From Cyclobacteriaceae bacterium (lineage in GTDB: Bacteria; Bacteroidota; Bacteroidia; Cytophagales; Cyclobacteriaceae): a DNA stretch of 64,000 nt. A program made the translations under genes and the position numbers. Numbering within the stretch: the stretch's first letter is position 1; each line of letters begins with the position of its first letter. The stretch lies in assembly GCA_026129485.1 (NCBI GenBank), contig JAHCHY010000014.1:15445-79444 (forward strand). The letters run 5' to 3'. The notes beneath the pieces were generated by a model. That model had not been told where the DNA came from and did no database searches. It worked only from the letters and a program-made list of their open reading frames with translations. Below, piece after piece: positions 56,371-64,000 of the stretch.

Positions 56371-57210
56371 ATGATCCGGGCTTTACTTTTAAGTTTACTC
56401 GTTCTGTTGGTTATGGGTTCATGTACCCAGCGCCTGATTTGCCCTGCCTACCAGAGTTCGTTCATTTACGATAAGCCGGCTGCGAAAGAAAAGTTTGTTT
56501 ACTATAATGAAAGCACCACACAGCCCCGCGAGGTGCTGGCATCTGCAAACAGCAAAACCATAACGTTACCTCCCCGTGATTCAACATGGCGCAAGAGCGA
56601 TGCTTTACCCGGACCTGCCTTGCCGCATGTCAGAAGAGTGAAAAAGGATCGTTACCTCCTGTTGCCGGAAAAAACCTACAGGAAGGCTTTGAAAGCGTTG
56701 CGCACGGTAGAGATGAAGCCCGTATATCCAAAGAAGCAGGGTGACTCATTGGATATTGCAGCCGCATTGGATAGCGCAGCCCGCAGCATTTCCGATACCC
56801 TTACCGGCCAGGCTGCCAAACCCCGGCAGGCTGAAGACAGTGTGTATGCGATAACCAAAACCAAAGAGAAGTATAATATCGACCAGGATGCCTATATGTG
56901 GTATTTCCGCGATGTGCTGGTGTTGCCGGATGTACGTGCGGCCATGATGGAAGAAGGAGAAGTGCAGGCAGCGAAGAAAAAAGCAACGAAGAAATCCAAA
57001 GGAGGATTCTTTAAAAACCTGTTTAAGAAAAAAGATAAGAAGGCAGCAGACAGCTTGAGTATAACAACCGCGCAGCCGGACTCCATACAAGCCAAGCCTA
57101 AGAAAAAGCTGTTGAGTGGATTGTTCAAAAAGAAAGCGAAGGCAGATAAGACCAAACCGGATAACCAACCCGATGAAGCCAGGAAGGAAGATGAAGATGA
57201 TGGCTTCTGA
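56371..57210 (+). CDS. Hypothetical lipoprotein with a Lys-rich C-terminus
   Basis: Lipobox MGSC from ATG 56371, CPAYQS motif, low-complexity basic tail. Confidence 0.7.
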   Translation: MIRALLLSLLVLLVMGSCTQRLICPAYQSSFIYDKPAAKEKFVYYNESTTQPREVLASANSKTITLPPRDSTWRKSDALPGPALPHVRRVKKDRYLLLPEKTYRKALKALRTVEMKPVYPKKQGDSLDIAAALDSAARSISDTLTGQAAKPRQAEDSVYAITKTKEKYNIDQDAYMWYFRDVLVLPDVRAAMMEEGEVQAAKKKATKKSKGGFFKNLFKKKDKKAADSLSITTAQPDSIQAKPKKKLLSGLFKKKAKADKTKPDNQPDEARKEDEDDGF

Positions 57211-57213
57211 TTT

Positions 57214-57909
57214 CTAATCAAACAAGGTGAGGTTACCATGCTGGTCAGCAGCCGGAGCCGGTAAAATCAAGGAAGGTTTATCAAATTGAGGCGTAAATAC
57301 AGCAGGTGATACGGTGTGATGACTAAGATCATTTTCAGGATAGGGTGTTACGAGCGCAAGCAATTGTAATTCGGTCGCCCTTGGGTTTAGCCATACCGTT
57401 TCCTGTTCAGCGTTAAAAATTACGGGCATCCTGTCGGTAACAGATCCCACCGTTGCGTTGGCAGGCATGGTAAGCATGGAAAAAGTATGAAACGAATTTC
57501 CTTCTGCATCATCATACTCTTCCCAGGTTCCGGCAAACGAAACTAATTTTTGTTTGGGTGCAAAGAACCAGGGCACGGCAGATTTTTTGCCGATCTTTTT
57601 CCAGGCATAAAATCCATTGGCCGGGATTAGGCACCTGTATCGCATCAAAGCCTTGCGCAGCACAGGCTTATCCTGGATCCATTCTACCCGTGTATTGATG
57701 ATGCGTTCAGCCACTGCTTTGTTGCGCGTCCATTGCGGGGCAATGCCCCAATAGAAATAGGAAAAGCCTTGCGGACTTTGATGTGTAATTACCGGCAGCA
57801 ATTTGGCAGGGGCTGCATTGTATTGCGGCTCGTATGCAGGCGAATCTTCAATGCCAAATCGCGTAACGAGCTGTTGCATGGAGGCATGAATGGCGTATCG
57901 TTCTATCAT
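57214..57909 (-). CDS. SRAP/HMCES-family protein with catalytic residues substituted
   Basis: Motifs YNAAP, WG, INTRVE, RCLIPANGFY.W, DRMP. Start ATG 57909 overlaps the upstream TGA. Confidence 0.88.
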   Translation of the reverse strand: MIERYAIHASMQQLVTRFGIEDSPAYEPQYNAAPAKLLPVITHQSPQGFSYFYWGIAPQWTRNKAVAERIINTRVEWIQDKPVLRKALMRYRCLIPANGFYAWKKIGKKSAVPWFFAPKQKLVSFAGTWEEYDDAEGNSFHTFSMLTMPANATVGSVTDRMPVIFNAEQETVWLNPRATELQLLALVTPYPENDLSHHTVSPAVFTPQFDKPSLILPAPAADQHGNLTLFD

Positions 57910-58850
57910 GTACCTGTCTGAATGAACTGAAGTGCCCGCAGTTCGCTCCAATATACCCTATTTTTATTAAACTGCGCGAAGCCCACATGTCCTCCGCGCA
58001 CGGGATATTCTGCTTTGAGATAACGATGTTGTGCAAAGTTTTGAGGGTAGCATCCTGAACTCAGGAACGGATCGTTCGCTGCATTTACCAGCAAGGCAGG
58101 TCTTTTTATTTTATCTAAGAAGTATAACGAGCTGCAACGTTCGTAGTAATCAATTGCACCTTCAAAACCATGAAGGCGGGCGGTGTACGCATCATCAAAA
58201 TCCAAAAGGTTATGAATGCGGTGCAACGATTGTGTGTCAATGCCCGGCATAAGGGTGGCTTTTAGTGCAACTTTTTGCTTGAGTGTTTTTAAAAAACGCC
58301 TGGCATATATTCCGAACGCGCTCGAAGCAATCTTTTCGCTGCTGCTGTGTAAATGCAGTGGCACAGAAAAGACTACTGCACGTTTTACAGGGGCTGGCAG
58401 GTTGTCGCCCTGTTCGCCCAGGTATTTTAATGCCAGGTTTCCTCCCAGGCTAAAGCCGACCAGGTTAATTTCCGTATAACCTTTGGAGATGGCATGTTGT
58501 ATTACCGTATTCAGGTCATCGGTAGCGCCACTGTGATAAAAGCGGAGCTGCCGGTTCATTTCACCGCTGCACCCCCGGTAATTCCAGGCCAGCACATCGA
58601 AGCTATGTTTAAAGAATAGCCTGGCCATGCCTTTCATGTATGCACGATGACTATTTCCTTCCAGCCCATGTGAAAGGATAACTAATTTTTGCGAGTGGTT
58701 GTTAAGCCAGTCCAGATCCAGGAAGTCATTGTCGGGAGTGCTGATGCGTTCGCGTTGGTAGATTATTCCGTCAACCGTTCGTAACAGGGCCGGGTATATG
58801 GTTTCGATATGGCTGCTGAACAAAAGCGCGGGTGCACGATAGGCTTGCAT
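57906..58850 (-). CDS. YheT-family alpha/beta hydrolase
   Basis: Motifs HGLEG.S, RGCSG, GFSLGG, N.ANDPF, GGHVGF. Confidence 0.9.
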   Translation of the reverse strand: MQAYRAPALLFSSHIETIYPALLRTVDGIIYQRERISTPDNDFLDLDWLNNHSQKLVILSHGLEGNSHRAYMKGMARLFFKHSFDVLAWNYRGCSGEMNRQLRFYHSGATDDLNTVIQHAISKGYTEINLVGFSLGGNLALKYLGEQGDNLPAPVKRAVVFSVPLHLHSSSEKIASSAFGIYARRFLKTLKQKVALKATLMPGIDTQSLHRIHNLLDFDDAYTARLHGFEGAIDYYERCSSLYFLDKIKRPALLVNAANDPFLSSGCYPQNFAQHRYLKAEYPVRGGHVGFAQFNKNRVYWSELRALQFIQTGT

Positions 58851-58852
58851 AA

Positions 58853-59389
58853 CTACCAGTTCATCCGCTTGCGCAATTGAGTAATATGTGCAGTATGATG
58901 TGCGCCATGCCAGGCGTACAGGGCTATCATGTTATGGATTGCTACATGCTTTTGTGTTTCCGGGTGCAGAAACTCTTTTTGTAATTGATCAGCGCTTAGT
59001 TGTTCAAGCAGCAACGCAAATTTATGGTGAAGCGGCCGGATTAATGAAAGCGACACAACGGGCGAAAGCATGGTTTCCGGAGTTTCAGCCCATAGCTTTT
59101 CAAAGTAGGATTTAATAGTTGGTGTATCTTCCGTTATGGTCCACTTAATGCGGATGTAAGCATTCATGTGGCTATCGGCTACATGGTGTACTACCTGCCG
59201 AACGGTCCAGCCGCCTTCGCGATACGGTGTATCTAACTGGCTATCGCTTAACCCGGCAATGGCGGCCTCAAGCTTTGCCGGTAAGGCCCGTATCTGATCC
59301 AGACAGGTTGCGATTTCTGATGAAGTATGAGAAGCTTGTGGTGTGAATTTGCCTATCGGGTAACGCAGGTCTGTTTGGCCGGCACTCAT
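58853..59389 (-). CDS. YfiT/BstA-family DinB-like bacillithiol transferase
   Basis: Motifs DLRYPIG, TPYR.GGWTVRQVVHH.ADSH, YAWHG.HH.AHI. Confidence 0.88.
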   Translation of the reverse strand: MSAGQTDLRYPIGKFTPQASHTSSEIATCLDQIRALPAKLEAAIAGLSDSQLDTPYREGGWTVRQVVHHVADSHMNAYIRIKWTITEDTPTIKSYFEKLWAETPETMLSPVVSLSLIRPLHHKFALLLEQLSADQLQKEFLHPETQKHVAIHNMIALYAWHGAHHTAHITQLRKRMNW

Positions 59390-59390
59390 G

Positions 59391-60212
59391 TTATTTGTTC
59401 AATTCTTTTACGGCTTCTTCCAGCTCCTTGTCATCATATCCCTTGTTCAGCTTTACCGGGTTTGATTTTGCCTTTCGCTTCTTACGCACCCGTATGTTGG
59501 TAAACTCAATCAGTAATGAGAAAGCCACGGCAAAATAAATATATCCTTTCGGGATTTCCTGGTGTAAACCTTCCAGCAGCAAGGTAAACCCGATCAATAT
59601 CAGGAAGCCCAGCGCCAACACCTCCATGGAGGGATGGTTCTTGATGAACGTACTGATTGCACCGGAGAAAAACATCATCACGATAATTGAAACAATTACC
59701 GCGATGATCATAATTACTACCTGCTCAGGCGGCACTATACCGACTGCGGTAAGGATAGAATCGAACGAGAAGATGATATCCAGTAAAATAATCTGGATGA
59801 TAGTTCCGCCAAACGTAACAGCTCCTGATTTGCCACTACCTTGTTCTTCATCGTCATCGCCCTCCATTTCATGGTTGATCTCAAGCGTGCTTTTGGCGAT
59901 CAGGAACAAGCCGCCAAAACCCAGGATCAGGTCTTTACCGCTGAACGACATGTCATGCTTGATCAGGAAGTTAGCCGGAATAGTAAACAACGGCTCTACA
60001 AAGCCGATGATCCAGGTAATACACAAAAGCAGAACGATGCGAACAGCCATAGCAAGCGCAAGTCCTATGTTACGGGCACGCGGCCGTTGTTCTTCCGGAA
60101 GCTTATTGGAAACAATGGAAATGAAAATGATGTTGTCGATACCCAGCACAATTTCCAGAAAACAGAGGGTTAGCAGGGCCAGCCAGGTATCGGCTTTAAG
60201 GAACATTTCCAT
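59391..60212 (-). CDS. TerC-family membrane protein
   Basis: Motifs LEIVLGIDNI, DIIFSFDSI.TAVG, IPKGY.YFA. Confidence 0.92.
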   Translation of the reverse strand: MEMFLKADTWLALLTLCFLEIVLGIDNIIFISIVSNKLPEEQRPRARNIGLALAMAVRIVLLLCITWIIGFVEPLFTIPANFLIKHDMSFSGKDLILGFGGLFLIAKSTLEINHEMEGDDDEEQGSGKSGAVTFGGTIIQIILLDIIFSFDSILTAVGIVPPEQVVIMIIAVIVSIIVMMFFSGAISTFIKNHPSMEVLALGFLILIGFTLLLEGLHQEIPKGYIYFAVAFSLLIEFTNIRVRKKRKAKSNPVKLNKGYDDKELEEAVKELNK

Positions 60213-60351
60213 ACTAAAGTGCGAAGTTTGGTACTACTTTAAACGCTCAAATTAGGCAAAGGAACTTACATTTAAAACTCACCCGAGTAAAGAAAGAACC
60301 GCCTGAATTGAACTGATTTTGAAGGTTTTTGGGGATTATCCTACATGGTGA

Positions 60352-60427
60352 AAAAAGCTAAAAGGCTTAAAGCGGAAAGGCTTACAAGTTTAAAAACCGC
60401 TTTCCAGCTTTATAGCTTTCCGCTTTT
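60352..60427. repeat. Low-complexity inverted repeat built from about 7-nt AAAGC(G/T)-like units; probable terminator of the T9SS gene
   Basis: AAAAGCT-AAAAGGCT-TAAAGCG-GAAAGGCT facing CCGCTTT-CCAGCTT-TATAGCT-TTCCGCT-TTT. Confidence 0.5.
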
Positions 60428-63400
60428 AATGCACTACCATCACCTTCTTCCTCACCACACCGGTTTTGCCGGAGCCGATTTGTAAAACATAAATACCCTG
60501 CGCCAGGTGTTGAGTGTTTACCGTTTTGGCCTGCTCGCCTTTCTCAAAGTAGAGTTGCTGTGCCGGGCGGCCTACCGGATCAATCAGGTTAACGGTTAAA
60601 CGGTGTTCTGCTTTTACCGGCAACTCAATTTCAAAACTTTCATTGGCCGGGTTAGGGTAGATGCGGATGTATTCGGCTATGTCTTCGATGGCGGTAACTA
60701 ACGTAGGTTGATCGGGTAAGAAAACAGGGTTAAGGTCTATACCGGCCTGGTAAACCTCATAGGTGTTTACATCCTGTATGAATGCTACAATGGCCAGCTC
60801 CGAAACATTGATTTGCGGCTTTTCAATTCTTACACTATCAATAATGCTGATAACATCGGATTGACTCATGCCCACAGGAAGCGCATGACCGATTGCATTG
60901 GGTACCAGCTTGCGCAGCACAAACCGATTTTGATCCACCGTTTTCTCTACGACTGCCAGGTGAAGCACGGGACGTTTTGCATCGCCAATATCCGTATTGA
61001 CTGTTACAACAGCTTGTATTTTGAAATAGCTGTTATCTGACGCATCTAATGACTCCACGTCCACTTTGAAATCACTTGTCTTCAGGCTCTGCTTGCTAAA
61101 ACGGGTAGTTGCCCAATTAGCCAGGTTAGGGATGCCATTGTTTGTGGGGTCTAACGCACCATCGCTTATTCCATCGATATAGCTGCGGGGTATCTGCTGG
61201 TCGGTCATTGGAATACCGTAATAGGCGGCCCGTGCAAGCGGGTCAATAGTGTTCACTTCAAACTCAGAATCGCTGTTCGGAAAGCCTACATGGTACTGTA
61301 TTTTGGCCACCTCGGTGTTAGGGATTGCATTTGTAAATACGGTATTATTATCACCGTACCGTGATGAACCATTGTTGGTGAAGTTTTCAACCAGGGAAAT
61401 TCTATCTCTTGAGGTAATGTTGAAATTATTAAACGCAAATCCTTCGTATTCATCAAAAGCATCTGTTGCAAATGCAAATCGGAACCGGACATTACTGCGT
61501 TCTGCCAGGCTCAGGTTGGCCAGGTTATCCAAAGCTCTTCGGGCTTCCGTAAGCGTATCCCGGTTGATGTTATCCTCAAGAGTCCACGAGCCGCCCGACC
61601 AGCCTAACGGGCTGCTTCCGATATTACCGATACCAAATCCGCTGGTGTTAAACCAGTTGATTCCTGAATTTGTTCCACCCAAAGGAAACCAGGTTAAACC
61701 TCCGTCTTTGGAGAATTCCAGGGCTACGCCCTCCCGGTTTTGATCTGTATCCAATACCAAGTTCAGGGAAACAACGGGTCGGTCAACGCCTGTTATATTA
61801 AAACAAGGGCTGTTAAGAAAGGATTTTTCATTTGGATTATACTTCGTATTCAAGCCTGTTGCCCATGCCGGAGTTGTAAGCTCTGACATTTTGGGTTTGG
61901 CGGCACCAGGAATACCAAAGGCCCAGGTGGAATTTCCGTTTACATCTTCTATACGCCAATAGCCTTGTCCGCTTTCTTCATCTGTCATTAAATATGGATT
62001 GAATGTAGTACGCCTCAGTGTATCTAATATAGTAACCGGCTTGGTAATGGATGCGAAACAGCCAAGATTGGTATAGGAAGTAAGTGTAACGTTGTAAACC
62101 CCGGACGAACTTGTTGGATCACTTGAGATAAACTGGTGTATTGGTCTTTTATGAGTTCCTGCATTCGGAAACGGTACATTGGTTAATGAATCTCCTCGCA
62201 ATACATTGTCCCCTTCATCACCAAAATCCCATTCAAATTCCTGAACATTGTCGTTACTTGAAGCAATAAATCGGGTTCCGTCCCCTTCACAAATTAAACT
62301 ATAGGTAAAGTTTGGTTGGGGATTGATACCTACTGTTACGGGACGTGTGTCTTCATTCGTACAGCCTCTGTCATTCTCCACCTTCAGCCGGATGACAAAG
62401 AGTCCGTCAGACGCATAATTATGAGTAACAAATTGATTGTTACTAACTATAACCGGGTCAGTTTTATCGTTGAAGTCCCATGTATAAATATCATAGGGTT
62501 GTAAGGTGTTAGCATCGACTGGCCCTGTAATAGTAAAATCTTTAAGCTCACAAATAGTGGGTGGAGTAAAAGCAGCGCTTGGCGCTGGTTTAATTTCAAT
62601 ATTGACTGGTGTGGCATCGCCCCTACAGCCACGGTACTGCTGGCGAACCAAATATGTCCTGACAAGCGGAGCTAAACCTGTAACACCGGGTGCCGTAAAG
62701 GTCCAATTGCTTGAATCAAGCACAACGGTAGGTGCCAAGGCATCATACCAAAACGGCTTATCGTGAGGTCCGTTTCCTCTTCCGGTTACAGTAAAAGGCC
62801 TTGCCACACCATCTGTAACCTGGCAGTATTCTTCATCCTCGGTAATTGGAGTTAAGGGCTTATTTACCCAAACAAAATTTCTATTGACAGAATTGGGACA
62901 ATTATTTTGATCGCTGTAATTCATCCTAACGGTCAATAATCTTTCACTTACTCCGGGACCGGGGAGTGAATTATGACCAGGGTTAAACTGATTTCCACTT
63001 ATTGAACCGGAAAATGCAGGATTAATAGTAAAGTTACTAATAGCGTAGTTTGTGTTTGATGAGGATAGGGAAATAGCAGGTTTATCAAAGCAGATATTTT
63101 GTAACTCATTTATCCCAATTATTGCAGGTTCGGGCCCATTCTCAACAACCTGAAAGAATGCCCAGCTTTGCAGTACTTCATTACCAGAAGCATCCTTTCC
63201 AAATACATCCAGGTAGTAATACCCGTAACCCCAGCCATTTCTCACATGATCAAGATTCAGCGAGTAAAATCGGGGCAGGTTTATGGGCAACCCGGTTTGT
63301 ATATCGTTTACTGTGGAAGGTTCCCTGTCTATCAGGCTTAATGGATAGGTCGCCCCGGGAGGCATTCCACTGGCGAGTGGTGTACCGGTAGCTCCCGGAA

Positions 63401-64000
63401 GTAAAAAAGGCAGATCATAATAATAAGGAGAAGTATTACCATAAAAACGTATTCGGGTAAACTGGTACCCAGGTCTAATAGCGTTAGCTAAATTCACCCT
63501 AATGTCATTGTCAGTTATATCGCTTTGGCAATAAATTTCCTTGGCACCATTTACGGATAGTGCCTGGACAATAAAGTTTACCTGATCGGTATCGCTACAG
63601 CCATTTGCATTAGTGTAGGTGTAAATTATTGTCCAGGTGCCAAGGCCTGCATTTGCAGGATTAAAATAATAATTGCCATCACTTTTTTTGAAGGTACCCT
63701 GCCCTGAAAAATCTCCTCCGGCAGGAGAACCACTGAGCAGGTAATCGCGATTTTCCACCACGTAATTAACCCGTATTGCAGTTTCATCCGGGTTAGGGAT
63801 AATAGTTGCTACTGGTTTAGGATTTAAGGTTACGTTTACTAAATCCGTAACGATGTTATTTGCATTGTCCTTAACCTCTAATGTATATTCGGTATTTACT
63901 GTTGGGGTTACAGTGGGGCTTGAGCTTGATGAATTTAAAGTCGGATCTGGGGGTGAAGCAGTCCATCTAAATTGATAAAAACCAGTGCCGCCACTTGCTG
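60426..64000 (-). CDS. Large T9SS-secreted multidomain surface protein (PKD repeats, Omp28-like domain, type A CTD); 5'-truncated by the window edge
   Basis: The frame stays open to position 63998 (ASGGTGFYQFRW...). PKD motifs WDFND/WDFGD and the C-terminal IYPNPA..GIYVLQI CTD. Confidence 0.88.
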   Translation of the reverse strand, partial: ASGGTGFYQFRWTASPPDPTLNSSSSSPTVTPTVNTEYTLEVKDNANNIVTDLVNVTLNPKPVATIIPNPDETAIRVNYVVENRDYLLSGSPAGGDFSGQGTFKKSDGNYYFNPANAGLGTWTIIYTYTNANGCSDTDQVNFIVQALSVNGAKEIYCQSDITDNDIRVNLANAIRPGYQFTRIRFYGNTSPYYYDLPFLLPGATGTPLASGMPPGATYPLSLIDREPSTVNDIQTGLPINLPRFYSLNLDHVRNGWGYGYYYLDVFGKDASGNEVLQSWAFFQVVENGPEPAIIGINELQNICFDKPAISLSSSNTNYAISNFTINPAFSGSISGNQFNPGHNSLPGPGVSERLLTVRMNYSDQNNCPNSVNRNFVWVNKPLTPITEDEEYCQVTDGVARPFTVTGRGNGPHDKPFWYDALAPTVVLDSSNWTFTAPGVTGLAPLVRTYLVRQQYRGCRGDATPVNIEIKPAPSAAFTPPTICELKDFTITGPVDANTLQPYDIYTWDFNDKTDPVIVSNNQFVTHNYASDGLFVIRLKVENDRGCTNEDTRPVTVGINPQPNFTYSLICEGDGTRFIASSNDNVQEFEWDFGDEGDNVLRGDSLTNVPFPNAGTHKRPIHQFISSDPTSSSGVYNVTLTSYTNLGCFASITKPVTILDTLRRTTFNPYLMTDEESGQGYWRIEDVNGNSTWAFGIPGAAKPKMSELTTPAWATGLNTKYNPNEKSFLNSPCFNITGVDRPVVSLNLVLDTDQNREGVALEFSKDGGLTWFPLGGTNSGINWFNTSGFGIGNIGSSPLGWSGGSWTLEDNINRDTLTEARRALDNLANLSLAERSNVRFRFAFATDAFDEYEGFAFNNFNITSRDRISLVENFTNNGSSRYGDNNTVFTNAIPNTEVAKIQYHVGFPNSDSEFEVNTIDPLARAAYYGIPMTDQQIPRSYIDGISDGALDPTNNGIPNLANWATTRFSKQSLKTSDFKVDVESLDASDNSYFKIQAVVTVNTDIGDAKRPVLHLAVVEKTVDQNRFVLRKLVPNAIGHALPVGMSQSDVISIIDSVRIEKPQINVSELAIVAFIQDVNTYEVYQAGIDLNPVFLPDQPTLVTAIEDIAEYIRIYPNPANESFEIELPVKAEHRLTVNLIDPVGRPAQQLYFEKGEQAKTVNTQHLAQGIYVLQIGSGKTGVVRKKVMVVH

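Noticed and set aside
1-64000. Numerous alternative-frame and antisense ORFs in the track (for example 3695-4021, 17901-18422, 34537-35046, 59626-60255)
   Set aside because: They overlap well-supported genes and have no recognisable motifs; these are expected shadow ORFs.
1-64000. CRISPR array, rRNA, intact transposase or integrase, prophage
   Set aside because: I saw no regularly spaced repeats, rRNA signatures or recombinase/transposase motifs.

Overview
A 64 kb chromosomal window from a member of the Bacteroidota, probably Cytophagales. This is inferred from gene content (T9SS cargo, alternative complex III, long-form IspG) and TTTG-N19-TAnnTTTG promoters. The centre (22.7-47.8 kb) is one co-oriented respiratory supercluster. 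It runs Crp/Fnr regulator, cytochrome c, fasciclin protein, clade II nosZ-nosB-nosL-nosD-nosF-nosY and a CopD-like gene, then actABCDEF (alternative complex III) and an A1-type aa3 oxidase with assembly genes. The flanks hold housekeeping and accessory genes: a YfhO-type protein, an SSS sugar symporter, a WYL-regulated stress operon, rpsA, tRNA-Cys, galM, a large sensor kinase, mlaEF, ispG and the 3' part of a T9SS-secreted protein that runs off the right edge. The most unusual signals are four. (i) An AT-rich islet beside tRNA-Cys contains a gene bracketed by integron-cassette-like complementary ends and REP-like hairpins, with no integrase in view. (ii) A SRAP/HMCES-family protein has all three catalytic residues replaced. 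(iii) The nos cluster lacks NosR/NosGH but abuts ACIII and sits under a perfect FNR-type box. (iv) A WYL regulator is followed by two TGACA-N6-TGTCA operators and a GyrI-like/DHFR-like/ATL-like operon. All protein family calls come from motif recognition by eye; no database search was run.
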